The notes below the pieces were generated by a model. The model did no database searches. It saw nothing but the letters and a program-made list of their open reading frames with translations, and had not been told where the DNA came from. Position numbers and translations under genes: made by a program. Positions 40,451 to 50,619 of a DNA stretch of 64,000 nt are shown one piece after another. How positions within the stretch are numbered: position 1 is the first letter of the stretch; the number at the start of each line of letters is the position of its first letter. This DNA is from an uncultured SAR86 cluster bacterium. Lineage in GTDB: Bacteria; Pseudomonadota; Gammaproteobacteria; Magnimaribacterales; D2472. The stretch is taken from assembly GCA_964275345.1 (NCBI GenBank), contig CAXYBK010000002.1:6684-70683 (forward strand), given 5' to 3'.

Positions 40451-42247
40451 ATGAAAGAATTTTTTAGAATGTTAGGGGAACTTAAATATATGATCCCAGT
40501 TTTGAGATATAAATGGCCACATCCTGATAGCAATGCATCCTTAGCTCATACCTTTCAGGATTCAACTGAAAAATTTGCAGAGCGTCCCTTTGTTTACTTT
40601 GAAAATGAAACTTGGACATACTCTCAGGCTAACAAGGCGGCCAATAGTTTTGCGAGGTATCTTGTAAAAAATGGCGTGCAGCATGGCGACAGAGTTGTAC
40701 TTTTTATGGAAAATCGTCCTTATTATGTAATTTCACTTCTTGCATTAAATAAAATAGGAGCTATAGGTGTTCTAATTAATACAAGTTTGACAGGTGATCC
40801 TTTAATCCACTGCATAAATTCGTCTGATTCTATAAAGTGCATAGTTGGAGCTGAAAGAGCTAAGCCTTTAGAGGATGTGCTAGACCAAATTAATATTTCA
40901 AATAAAGATGATCTTTTATGGGTTGAAGATAATAAAGATTATGGTCTCCCAGTCTGGGCAACAGATTTAAAAAGTAACCTAGATTTTGCTGATGATGAGA
41001 ATCTAGAGGAAACTAATTTAGTTACATCTAAAGATACTGCATGTTATATATTTACTTCTGGTACCACCGGAGTGCCAAAAGCTGCCGTCTTACCAAATCG
41101 TAAACTTATTGCAGCTGCAGTAAATATCACCAAAGCAGGCTATAGAATAAATCATGAAGATTGTATGTATAACTGCCTGCCTTTATATCATTCAACAGGG
41201 TTAATGCTTGGTTTATGTGGAGCTATACATGTAGGCGCTTCATCATTTATAAAAAGAAAATTTTCTGCCTCTTCTTTTTGGACAGATGCCCATAAATACA
41301 ATACAACAGCATTTGTATATATTGGTGAGTTATGTAGATACCTTGATAATCAAGAGCCCTCTGAAGCTGAAAAGAATAATCCAATAAAAAGTATGGTTGG
41401 CAATGGTCTTAGGCCTGATGTTTGGGACTCTTTTAAAGATAGATTTGATGTAGACAGAATAATTGAAATTTATGGAGCAAGTGAAGGAAATGCTCTATTT
41501 ATGAATCTTTTTAATAAAAATAAGACTATAGGTATGACAAGTGCTGATGTTGCTTTACTCGAATATGATGTTGCTGAAGATGAAATTCTTAAAAATGAAG
41601 ATGGGTATTGTAAAAAGATTTCTAATCATGAGCCTGGCCTGCTAGCTATAGAGATTGGACCAAATGCAGTCTTTAATGGTTATACGGATAAAGACGCAAG
41701 TGAAAAGAAAATTCTGCGCAATGTATTTAAAGATGGAGATGCTTGGTTTAACACGGGTGATCTTATTAAAACAGTTGATGTTGGATTTGCTTTTGGAAAA
41801 GAACACTATCAATTCGTAGACAGAGTTGGTGATACTTTTAGATGGAGATCAGAAAATGTTTCAACTAATGAGGTTGGTGAGATATTAAATGGTTTTACGG
41901 ATGTAAATATGTCGAATGTTTATGGTGTTGAAGTTCCAGGTTGTGAGGGTCGTGCTGGCATGGCCGCCTTTAGCCTTGAAGATGTAAAAAACTTTAATTG
42001 GAACGCATTTTCTGAGCACGTAGAAAATAATTTGCCAAAATATGCTCGCCCTGTTTTTATAAGAATTATCCAGGAAATGGATACTACAGGAACTTTTAAA
42101 TTAAAGAAAAATGAATTAAGAGACGAGTCATTTGATTTAAATAAAGTAAGTGACATAGTTTATTGTTTAAAACCATCTTCAAATACCTATGAATTACTTG
42201 ATCAAGATTGGTTAAACAAGATTAATTCTTGTGAAGCAGGTTATTAA
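40451..42247 (+). CDS. FATP-type long-chain acyl-CoA synthetase
   Basis: YIFTSGTTGVPKAA, YIGELCRYL, GNGLRPD, DRVGDTFRWRSENVST. Confidence 0.93.
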   Translation: MKEFFRMLGELKYMIPVLRYKWPHPDSNASLAHTFQDSTEKFAERPFVYFENETWTYSQANKAANSFARYLVKNGVQHGDRVVLFMENRPYYVISLLALNKIGAIGVLINTSLTGDPLIHCINSSDSIKCIVGAERAKPLEDVLDQINISNKDDLLWVEDNKDYGLPVWATDLKSNLDFADDENLEETNLVTSKDTACYIFTSGTTGVPKAAVLPNRKLIAAAVNITKAGYRINHEDCMYNCLPLYHSTGLMLGLCGAIHVGASSFIKRKFSASSFWTDAHKYNTTAFVYIGELCRYLDNQEPSEAEKNNPIKSMVGNGLRPDVWDSFKDRFDVDRIIEIYGASEGNALFMNLFNKNKTIGMTSADVALLEYDVAEDEILKNEDGYCKKISNHEPGLLAIEIGPNAVFNGYTDKDASEKKILRNVFKDGDAWFNTGDLIKTVDVGFAFGKEHYQFVDRVGDTFRWRSENVSTNEVGEILNGFTDVNMSNVYGVEVPGCEGRAGMAAFSLEDVKNFNWNAFSEHVENNLPKYARPVFIRIIQEMDTTGTFKLKKNELRDESFDLNKVSDIVYCLKPSSNTYELLDQDWLNKINSCEAGY

Positions 42248-42274
42248 TAATTAAAAATTTAAAAGGGGAATTTT

Positions 42275-43441
42275 ATGAGTGAAAGAAATTTTGATGTAGT
42301 TATTTATGGAGCAACTGGCTTTACTGGAAAGCTGGTCGTTGAATATATGTTAAATCAATATGGTGATGATAATAGTATTTCATGGGCCATGGCAGGTAGA
42401 AGTCATGAGAAACTAATAGCAGTTAGAGACAGCCTAAATGTCCCCGAAGAAGTGCCTTTATTAATTGTAGATAGCGATGATAAAGCAAGTATTACAGATA
42501 TGGTTAAACAGACTAAATGTGTTTTAACTACAGTAGGTCCTTATCAGCTCTATGGAGACGATATTGTTGGAGAATGCGCAGCTTTAGGTACTGATTATGT
42601 TGATTTATGTGGAGAACCTGGATGGATGCATGAAAAGATAGAAGCCCATAGTGAAGCTGCAAAGGCTTCAGGAGCAAGAATTATCTTCTCATGTGGTTTC
42701 GACAGTATTCCATTTGATTTAGGCGTTTTCTTTCTTCAAAAAGAAGTAATTAAGAAATTTGGAAAGCCTGCGGCTAATGTTAGAGGAAGAGTGAGAGCTA
42801 TGAATGGTGAATTCTCTGGAGGAACAGCAGCTTCAATGGCAGCGACTATGAGCTCATTAAAAAATAAGCCTGAACTTTTTGAAATTTTAGTAAACCCATT
42901 TGCATTATCTAATGGTTTTTCAGGTCCTGAGCAGCCAGCAGATAGCAAGCCTATATTTGATGAAAAACTTGATACCTGGGTAGCTCCATTTTTTATGGCA
43001 CCTATAAATACAAAAAATATTCATAGATCAAATGTATTAATGAATCACTTTTATGGTGAAGATTTTTGTTACAACGAAATGTGGATTCAAGGTCCTGGGG
43101 ACGAAGGTAAAGCTGCAGCTGATTTTATCTCAAGCATTAATCCTTTGGGTGATGCGCCTAAACCAGGCGAGGGACCTTCAAGAGAATCAAGAGAAAATGG
43201 AAATTATGATATTTTATTTTGTGGGGATATAGAAAATCAAAGCATTCATGTGTCTGTTGCAGGAGATATGGACCCAGGCTATGGATCAACATCTAAGATG
43301 ATTCTTGAAAGCGCCCTTTGTTTAGTTAATGACTGTCCAGAACTAGTGGGAGGTATATACACACCTGCCCCTTCAATGGGTATGAAATTAATTGAAAGGC
43401 TTGAAGCCAAAGCCGGACTTACATTTAAAATTGAAGATTAA
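42275..43441 (+). CDS. Saccharopine dehydrogenase-like / trans-acting enoyl reductase family
   Basis: YGATGFTG, TVGPY..YG, YVDLCGE, CGFDSIPFDLG, DPGYGST. Confidence 0.9.
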   Translation: MSERNFDVVIYGATGFTGKLVVEYMLNQYGDDNSISWAMAGRSHEKLIAVRDSLNVPEEVPLLIVDSDDKASITDMVKQTKCVLTTVGPYQLYGDDIVGECAALGTDYVDLCGEPGWMHEKIEAHSEAAKASGARIIFSCGFDSIPFDLGVFFLQKEVIKKFGKPAANVRGRVRAMNGEFSGGTAASMAATMSSLKNKPELFEILVNPFALSNGFSGPEQPADSKPIFDEKLDTWVAPFFMAPINTKNIHRSNVLMNHFYGEDFCYNEMWIQGPGDEGKAAADFISSINPLGDAPKPGEGPSRESRENGNYDILFCGDIENQSIHVSVAGDMDPGYGSTSKMILESALCLVNDCPELVGGIYTPAPSMGMKLIERLEAKAGLTFKIED

Positions 43442-43863
43442 TGATTCAAGAGAATATTAAAAAGTGGCATGACCATACTCATGGAAATTTTCCAGGTGGT
43501 CTAGACGTCTTGCTTGCTGATGACATTGTTTTTTACTCACCTGTCGTCTTTACACCCCAAGAAGGCAAAGACCTTGCTAAGTTATATCTAATGGCTGCAG
43601 GGAACACTTTTGGAGGAGATGATGCCAAAAAGAGTGGAGGCCTAGGAGATTCTAGTTTTAAATATACCAAAGAAGTTTTAAGTGGAAATCAGGCAATTCT
43701 TGAGTTTGAAACCACAATAGAAGGCAAATATGTAAATGGCGTTGATATTATTACTTTTAATGACGAGGGAAAGATTTCAGAATTTAAAGTAATGATAAGA
43801 CCATTACAAGCTGTGAATATTATTCATATGCAGATGCAGAGGATGTTAGAAGAATTAGCATAA
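43441..43863 (+). CDS. SnoaL-like/NTF2 family protein
   Basis: LLADDIVFYSPVV, VNGVDII, EFKVMIRPL. Confidence 0.85.
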   Translation: MIQENIKKWHDHTHGNFPGGLDVLLADDIVFYSPVVFTPQEGKDLAKLYLMAAGNTFGGDDAKKSGGLGDSSFKYTKEVLSGNQAILEFETTIEGKYVNGVDIITFNDEGKISEFKVMIRPLQAVNIIHMQMQRMLEELA

Positions 43864-44213
43864 TGAGTAAATTTATTATTTACCATAATCCTAGATGTAG
43901 TAAATCCAGAGAAGCTTTAGAGATTATTCGTCAAAATAATTTGGACCATCAAATTAAATTATATTTAGAAGACCCTCTTACATCTAAAGAGCTAGAAAGT
44001 ATTCTTTTAAAATTACAAATGCAACCAAGAGAATTACTGAGAAAGGGCGAGAATGATTATAAGTTAAATAATTTGTCCGACCTCAAGCATTCTGATCAGG
44101 ATATTATTAATTTTATGATTAAGTTTCCAAAATTAATTGAAAGACCAATTATAATTAAAGAAGAAAAAGCAGTTTTAGGAAGACCTCCTGAAAATATTAA
44201 TAATTTGTTTTAA
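43863..44213 (+). CDS. arsC: Glutaredoxin-type arsenate reductase family
   Basis: YHNPRCSKSR, PKLIERPI, LGRPPE. Confidence 0.88.
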   Translation: MSKFIIYHNPRCSKSREALEIIRQNNLDHQIKLYLEDPLTSKELESILLKLQMQPRELLRKGENDYKLNNLSDLKHSDQDIINFMIKFPKLIERPIIIKEEKAVLGRPPENINNLF

Positions 44214-44228
44214 TAGTGAAAATAATTT

Positions 44229-45518
44229 ATGACAATCGGATCCAATTTTAAACTACCTTGTGGCGTTACATTAAAGAACAGGCTCTGCAAAGCAGCTATG
44301 ACTGAGGGCATTGCTGATTCAAATAATTTTGCAACCCAAAGGCATATTAATCTTTATAAAAAGTGGGCCTCAGGAGGAGCTGGCATTTTATTATCTGGAA
44401 ATGTTCAGGTTGATAAAAGATATCTAGAGGGCCCCGGAAACGTTGCAATAGAAAAAGAAACATATCTTGATCAAATAGATAATTTAAAAAAATGGGCTGA
44501 AGCGGGTACAAAAAATAATACTCAATTTTGGATGCAAATAAGTCATGCTGGGCGCCAAACGCCAGGAGCAATAAATCCTAATCCTTTATCTCCATCTTCT
44601 GTTCAGCTAAAAATACCTGGTGCTAATTATGGAATTCCAACACCTATGTCAGTTGATGATATTGAGGATGTAATTCAAAGATTTGTCTTTGTAGCAAAAA
44701 TTGCAAAAGAAACTGGTTTTACTGGTATTCAGTTGCATTCTGCACATGGTTATCTACTCTCACAATTTCTTTCACCAGATATCAATCTAAGAGATGATGA
44801 ATGGGGTGGTTCTATCAGAAACAGATCCAGGCTTATGCTAAGAATTATTGAAGGCTGTCGCGCTGAATTGGGTAATGATTTTCCAATAGCTGTTAAGTTA
44901 AATTCTGCTGATTTTCAAAAAGGTGGTTTTAGTGATTTAGATTCAATAAAAGTTGCTAAATTATTAGATGACGCAGGAGTTGATGTTATTGAAATTTCAG
45001 GTGGAACATATGAACAACCTCGTTTACTTGGATTAGATGATGTAAGTGTTAATAAAGAGCGAAGTGAAATAAGAAAGCCAAGCACTATTGCCAGAGAAGC
45101 ATATTTTTTAAATTATGCAGAAAAAATACAAAAAGCTATTAATATTCCTTTAATGGTAACAGGTGGATTTCGAACTTCAGCTGGAATGAATGCTGCATTA
45201 AATGCAAAAGCCTGCGATTTGATAGGTGTAGGAAGGCCCCTATGTGCTGAACCATTAGTATTAAATGATTTGCTGGCTGGCTCTATTCAAGAGTTACCAT
45301 CCTATGAAAAATCCCTTCAAATTGGTAAATGGTGGCTGTCACCTCATAGTCCATTTTTAATTATTCAAGCCCTTAATGCTTTCTCTCAGCAGGCTTGGTT
45401 TTATATACAAATCAAGAGAATGGGAGATAATTTGGCCCCTAATTTAAAACTACCAATTTTCAAAGCATATAAAGAAAATAAAAAGCTTGAAAAAGTAATG
45501 ATTAAGGAATTAAGCTAA
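44229..45518 (+). CDS. NADH:flavin oxidoreductase (old yellow enzyme family)
   Basis: KNRLCKAAMTE, QISHAGRQ, HSAHGYLLSQFLSP, KLNSADFQ.GG. Confidence 0.92.
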   Translation: MTIGSNFKLPCGVTLKNRLCKAAMTEGIADSNNFATQRHINLYKKWASGGAGILLSGNVQVDKRYLEGPGNVAIEKETYLDQIDNLKKWAEAGTKNNTQFWMQISHAGRQTPGAINPNPLSPSSVQLKIPGANYGIPTPMSVDDIEDVIQRFVFVAKIAKETGFTGIQLHSAHGYLLSQFLSPDINLRDDEWGGSIRNRSRLMLRIIEGCRAELGNDFPIAVKLNSADFQKGGFSDLDSIKVAKLLDDAGVDVIEISGGTYEQPRLLGLDDVSVNKERSEIRKPSTIAREAYFLNYAEKIQKAINIPLMVTGGFRTSAGMNAALNAKACDLIGVGRPLCAEPLVLNDLLAGSIQELPSYEKSLQIGKWWLSPHSPFLIIQALNAFSQQAWFYIQIKRMGDNLAPNLKLPIFKAYKENKKLEKVMIKELS

Positions 45519-45547
45519 GCATATTTATAGACTTATAGGATAAATTT

Positions 45548-46699
45548 ATGAACAATATTGATCCATCAGCATACATTTCGTTTGGTTCTAGAATTAGAAA
45601 ATCACCATTTTATAATTCAACAAGAAAATATGGAGCCAAAGCTTTTACTATTTACAACCATATGTATATGCCAACGGTTTATACAAGTGCAGAAGAAGAA
45701 TACTCTAGCCTAATTAATGATGTCACTATGTGGGACGTTGCAGCTGAAAGACAAATTGAAATTAATGGTCCCGATGCTTATGCATTTGTAAGAACTTTAA
45801 CTCCTCGTAATCTTGAAAAATGTGAAATTGGGCATTGTTTATATGTTCTTTTAACAGGTGAAGATGGGGGGATTATGAATGATGCAGTTTTATTGAGACT
45901 TCAACCAGACCAGTTCTGGATTTCACCTGGAGATAGTGATGTACTGTTATGGTTGCAAGGAGCTGCAATTAATTCAGGCATGGATGTAAATGTTTTTGAA
46001 CCAGATGCATCTCCTTTACAAATAGGTGGACCTAAAGCTCACCTATTGATTGAAAAGTTATTTGATGAAGAGCACAAAAATGTAGGTTATTACAGAGCAA
46101 GAGAAACATCATTGCAGGGTATACCTCTAGTGCTTGGAAGAACCGGATGGAGTGGAGAGATAAGCTATGAACTTTACTTAAGAGATCGTAAGCTCGGTGA
46201 TCAGCTTTGGGAAATAGTGCGAGAAGCTGGTTTAGAATTTAATATAGTTCCAATAGCGCCCAATTCTATAAGAAGCATTGAAGGCGGCTTGCTATCATAT
46301 GCATCAGATATTCTAAGAGAGGACAATCCTTTTACTATAGGCCTCGATAGATTAGTTGATACAGAGCAATCAATCGATTTTATTGGCAAATCTGCTCTTA
46401 AGAAAATAAAAGAAGAGGGTATCAAAAGAAAATTAGTAGGTATCGTTGTTGATGGAGATCCAATCAAAAGTCCTCCTGAACAGTTTTGGCCAGTTACAGA
46501 TAATGATCTAAAAATAGGTCATGTCTCAAGATGCATTTTTTCACCAAGATTGAATAAGAATATTGGTTTTGCAAATGTTCCTATAGAATATAGTGAAATA
46601 GATTCAAATTTTCCAGTAGTAACTCCAGATGGTCAAAGAAATGCAACTGTTTGTAAATGGCCTTGGTTTCCTGCTGAAAGAATAAATAAAAAAACTTAA
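45548..46699 (+). CDS. DmdA-like THF-dependent demethylase (GcvT family)
   Basis: YNHMYMP, WDVAAERQIEI.GPDA, ND.VLL, WIS..DSD, RTGWSGE..YE, RSIEGGLLSY. Confidence 0.8.
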   Translation: MNNIDPSAYISFGSRIRKSPFYNSTRKYGAKAFTIYNHMYMPTVYTSAEEEYSSLINDVTMWDVAAERQIEINGPDAYAFVRTLTPRNLEKCEIGHCLYVLLTGEDGGIMNDAVLLRLQPDQFWISPGDSDVLLWLQGAAINSGMDVNVFEPDASPLQIGGPKAHLLIEKLFDEEHKNVGYYRARETSLQGIPLVLGRTGWSGEISYELYLRDRKLGDQLWEIVREAGLEFNIVPIAPNSIRSIEGGLLSYASDILREDNPFTIGLDRLVDTEQSIDFIGKSALKKIKEEGIKRKLVGIVVDGDPIKSPPEQFWPVTDNDLKIGHVSRCIFSPRLNKNIGFANVPIEYSEIDSNFPVVTPDGQRNATVCKWPWFPAERINKKT

Positions 46700-46708
46700 A
46701 ATATTATT

Positions 46709-47242
46709 ATGAATAAACTACTCTTAATTCTCCTTCTCTCACCAACAGTTTTTGCAGATAATCTGGTTATTGAGGATTTTGAGAATAATAGAGCTCAATG
46801 GGATGCTGTCTCAGACCAAGTTATGGGCGGACTCTCAGAGATTAAATTTACAAAACTATCTGATGAAGATATTAATTTTTATAGACTAGAAGGTGAAGTT
46901 AGCACAAAAAATAATGGCGGCTTTATTCAATTTAGATCAAGAGTTGATGCAGGTTCAGATGATTATGAAGGGGTGAGAATTAAAACAAGAGGAAATGGTG
47001 AGGTTTATGAGATTCATCTTAGAACTCCTGCAACATTTCTACCTTGGCAATATTACAAGGCTACCTTTACTGCCAATGACAATTGGGAAATTTTAGATAT
47101 TCCTTTTACTTCTTTTCAAAGAGTTGGTCCTGCTTACGTTCCACGCAAAGTTAAATCTTCAAAGGTAAACTGGATTGCTGTTGTAGCTTATGGAAAAGAT
47201 TTTTACGCAGAAGTTGATTTAGCTAAAATCGAACTTTATTAA
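46709..47242 (+). CDS. CIA30 family exported protein
   Basis: Signal peptide, W..VSDQVMGGLS, NNGGFIQ. Confidence 0.88.
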   Translation: MNKLLLILLLSPTVFADNLVIEDFENNRAQWDAVSDQVMGGLSEIKFTKLSDEDINFYRLEGEVSTKNNGGFIQFRSRVDAGSDDYEGVRIKTRGNGEVYEIHLRTPATFLPWQYYKATFTANDNWEILDIPFTSFQRVGPAYVPRKVKSSKVNWIAVVAYGKDFYAEVDLAKIELY

Positions 47243-47250
47243 TATATTTA

Positions 47251-47706
47251 ATGTTCTCTGAACTTGATCGTGCATTTATGCAGGAAGCTATTGAGCTTGC
47301 AAAAGAAGCAGAATTAAATGATGAAGTGCCTGTTGGAGCTGTAATAACTTTAGATAATAAAATTATTGGAAGAGGTTTTAATCAAGTTATTTCTCTAACT
47401 GATGTCACAGCTCATGCTGAAATTCTTGCCATAAAAGATGCCAGTAAAACAATAAATAACTACAGACTTAAAAATACTTGCATGTATGTAACTTTAGAGC
47501 CTTGCCACATGTGCGCTAAGGCTTTAATTGACGCAAGAGTATCAAAACTTATATTTTCTACCTTTGAACCAAAATCTGGAGCAATTACATCTATAGATAA
47601 TCTTTACGAAAAGCCATTTAATCATAATATTGAATATCAGCATGGCCTATTGCAGGCTGAGAGCAGCAAAATCTTAAAAGAATTTTTTAAAGCAAGAAGA
47701 AATTAA
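47251..47706 (+). CDS. tadA: tRNA adenosine(34) deaminase
   Basis: EVPVGAV, AHAE, NYRL, VTLEPCHMC. Confidence 0.92.
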   Translation: MFSELDRAFMQEAIELAKEAELNDEVPVGAVITLDNKIIGRGFNQVISLTDVTAHAEILAIKDASKTINNYRLKNTCMYVTLEPCHMCAKALIDARVSKLIFSTFEPKSGAITSIDNLYEKPFNHNIEYQHGLLQAESSKILKEFFKARRN

Positions 47707-48515
47707 CTCTTTAACTCTACCCAGACAGGACAATGGTCTGATGGTTTTTCCATGGCTCTAGCTCCATGATCTATTCCAACAGCTTTTATACCATCCACAA
47801 GGTTATTTGAAAGCATTATATGATCAATTCTAAGGCCTCTCTTGGGATTATCATCAAACATCCTTGACCTATAGTCGAACCATGAATAAATTGTGGATTC
47901 TTCAGGGTGAATGCACCTCCAAGAATCTTGAAAGCCTAAATTTTTTATACTATTCCACATTTCACGCTCTTGAGGCTGAAATGAAGTCTTACCATCTCTC
48001 AACCATCGCTTCATATTTGGCTCTCCAATACCTATATCTATATCCTCTGGAGCAACATTAAAGTCCCCCATAACAACAAGATTTTGTTCTTTTTTCTGGA
48101 GTTTGCTTATATGTTTATGTAAGTCATCATAGTATTTTATTTTTTTTGGGAATTTACTTTCATGATGAATGCTTTCTCCTTGGGGGAAATATCCATTCAT
48201 AATTACAATTTTCGACTTCCCAAATTCATAAGTGCATTGAATGAAACGTTTTTGATCTTCCTCAGTATCACCAACAAAACCTTTTTGAGTTTGTAATGGC
48301 TTCTTCTTGCTGAGTAATGCTACTCCATAATGACCTTTTTGGCCCCAGTACTCAGTGTGATAACCAATCTCCTCTATTACTTCTAATGGAAAGTCAGGAT
48401 CATTTACTTTTGTTTCTTGTAATCCAATAACATCCGGCTTTATTACATCTCTTATATACTCTAATTGATGAGGTCTTGCTCTTATACTATTAATATTAAA
48501 GGAAACTATTAACAT
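47703..48515 (-). CDS. xthA: Exodeoxyribonuclease III
   Basis: SFNINS, LQETK, NGYFPQGE, GDFN, SWFDYRS, LRIDH, PSDHCP. Confidence 0.95.
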   Translation of the reverse strand: MLIVSFNINSIRARPHQLEYIRDVIKPDVIGLQETKVNDPDFPLEVIEEIGYHTEYWGQKGHYGVALLSKKKPLQTQKGFVGDTEEDQKRFIQCTYEFGKSKIVIMNGYFPQGESIHHESKFPKKIKYYDDLHKHISKLQKKEQNLVVMGDFNVAPEDIDIGIGEPNMKRWLRDGKTSFQPQEREMWNSIKNLGFQDSWRCIHPEESTIYSWFDYRSRMFDDNPKRGLRIDHIMLSNNLVDGIKAVGIDHGARAMEKPSDHCPVWVELKS

Positions 48516-48517
48516 AA

Positions 48518-50593
48518 TTATTGACCTAGTTTAGTGATTAAAATTTTATCGTTTAAGTATATATAGTCAGCAATAATATTAGCAGTCTCTTGCAACAAAT
48601 AATCACTATCCATATCAATATCTAAATCTTTTTCATCCTTTTCTTTATTAAAATCTTCCATATCTGAGTATGTTTCAAATCTAGTAAGACCAACATTTTC
48701 TCTTCGTGTGTTTTCAATGTCAAAAATCCAATCTTTTCTTTCTGCCTTTTCTTTTTTTCTATTATCAATATTGAGACTCAATTCTTTTTTATTTTTTACA
48801 AGGTCATATCTCTCTCTTAGATTCAGAATATATTTCATATTAGGGCTTTCATTTAAGCGATTTAGATGAGATTTTTTTACAGCTGCAAGAATATCCTCAT
48901 CAATATCAAAAGTTCTATATCTAACAGGCGGTATCGTGTCCCAGGGCAAAGATAGGTATAAAGAACTTTCACCACTTGTCTCAATATCCCAAGATGATGG
49001 CAATTCAATATCTGGGGTTACTCCTTTATTTTGAGTACTTTCTCCAGTAACTCTATAAAACTTAGATTCAGTAATTTTGATTTGACCAGATGTTAAAGTA
49101 TCCAAAGCTTGTACAGTTCCTTTTCCAAAGGTCCTATGTCCAACAACTAGTCCTCTTTGATAGTCTTGAATAGCGCCAGCAAATATTTCCGATGCAGAAG
49201 CAGAGCCTCTATCAACTAGAACAGCTACAGGTTTTTTCCATGCTTGCTTTGCATAGTAGTCTCCCCAAGATCCTATTTTCCCTGAATTTTGTTTAACTTG
49301 AACTGTCGCGCCTGATGAAGTGAATAGGCCTGTAAGCTTATTGGCTTCAAGCAAAGAACCACCAGAATTTCCTCTCAGATCAATTATTACCGCATCTACA
49401 GAATTTTTATTGAAGTCTTTTAATATCTTTTTAACATCATTGCTGCTGCTCTTGTAATTTGGATCTCTATTTCGATAAGCCTCAAAATCAATATAAAATG
49501 TAGGTAAATCGATTATTCCAATTTTATATTCTTGATCCATTATTTTTACTGAATGAACTTTTGATTTTGCAGCTCTATCTTCTAACTTAATTTCTTCTCT
49601 AATAAGATTTACAACTTTTCTATTACTATTATCTTCAGAATTTGAAGGTATAAACTCAATATCTAAGCTTGAGCCCGATTTGCCTCTAATTAAATCAACA
49701 ACTTCATCAACTCTCCAGCCAATAACATCAATAAACTCTTCTGAATCTTCTTGTTTGATTCTTGTAATTTTATCTTCGGGATCAATTTGTCCAGATTTTT
49801 CTGCAGGGCCTCCTGGAACAAGACTAACAATTTCTGCATAGTCATCTTCTGTGGTTAAAAGAGCGCCTATACCTTCTAATTTAAGACTCATATTTAACTC
49901 AAAATCTTCAGCTGATCGCGGTGAAAAATATGTTGAGTGAGGATCAAATTGACTGGTTAAAGAGTTCATAGCTAACGAAAAGATATCCTCATCTTTTCTT
50001 TGATTAATTCTTCTTATTCTATTTGTATATCTTTTCTTGATATTCTCAATAGAATCATCATCCTCTTTATCTGCTAATTCAGATGTAAGGACATCATTTT
50101 TTGTTATTTGTTTCCATAATCTTTTGAGTGCCAACTTAGATGGCTGCCAATCATTATCATCTGAATATATATCTAAAAAATCTTTACCACTAAAACTAAA
50201 TGTTTCTTTTTCTAGCAAGTAAATTTGATAATCAGAATACTCTACTAATCTATTAAAATAGAGATTAATTATTTTGTATGCAGAATTAACATCGAATGTT
50301 TGTTTTGATGAATTAAAAATTTTTGCTGAATTTAAAAAACGATTGACTTCATACTTTGTAAAATAACGTTTATTGTCATCTAGTTCACCAATAAGATGCT
50401 CAATGTATTTATAGTTAAAATCTTCATCTGTAGCTTGAATATAATGTTCTTCAGTTAACTTCTCAAAAATCTCATTGCTTAATAAAATCCTTTCATCATT
50501 TGGAATAAAATTTATTTTTCCAGCAAGTAATGATTGAGAAAAGAGAGCTAGAATTAAAAGCTTTGAAGCAAAATTTATATTTTTAATGTTCAA
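48518..50593 (-). CDS. prc: Carboxy-terminal processing protease (tail-specific protease)
   Basis: DPHSTYFSPR, PDZ LEGIGA, DLRGNSGG, SASASEIFAGAIQDY, TFGKGTVQ. Confidence 0.93.
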   Translation of the reverse strand: MNIKNINFASKLLILALFSQSLLAGKINFIPNDERILLSNEIFEKLTEEHYIQATDEDFNYKYIEHLIGELDDNKRYFTKYEVNRFLNSAKIFNSSKQTFDVNSAYKIINLYFNRLVEYSDYQIYLLEKETFSFSGKDFLDIYSDDNDWQPSKLALKRLWKQITKNDVLTSELADKEDDDSIENIKKRYTNRIRRINQRKDEDIFSLAMNSLTSQFDPHSTYFSPRSAEDFELNMSLKLEGIGALLTTEDDYAEIVSLVPGGPAEKSGQIDPEDKITRIKQEDSEEFIDVIGWRVDEVVDLIRGKSGSSLDIEFIPSNSEDNSNRKVVNLIREEIKLEDRAAKSKVHSVKIMDQEYKIGIIDLPTFYIDFEAYRNRDPNYKSSSNDVKKILKDFNKNSVDAVIIDLRGNSGGSLLEANKLTGLFTSSGATVQVKQNSGKIGSWGDYYAKQAWKKPVAVLVDRGSASASEIFAGAIQDYQRGLVVGHRTFGKGTVQALDTLTSGQIKITESKFYRVTGESTQNKGVTPDIELPSSWDIETSGESSLYLSLPWDTIPPVRYRTFDIDEDILAAVKKSHLNRLNESPNMKYILNLRERYDLVKNKKELSLNIDNRKKEKAERKDWIFDIENTRRENVGLTRFETYSDMEDFNKEKDEKDLDIDMDSDYLLQETANIIADYIYLNDKILITKLGQ

Positions 50594-50619
50594 TTTATTA
50601 TTTAGATGTATAGTTTTGT

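Noticed and set aside
33623-44213. merC and arsC as a heavy-metal resistance island
   Set aside because: Ten kb apart, no merA/merR/arsB/arsR, host-like composition and no mobility signals
45548-46699. Assigning the symbol dmdA or gcvT
   Set aside because: Motifs place it near DmdA but cannot separate it from sister clades without a phylogeny; no gcvH/gcvP nearby
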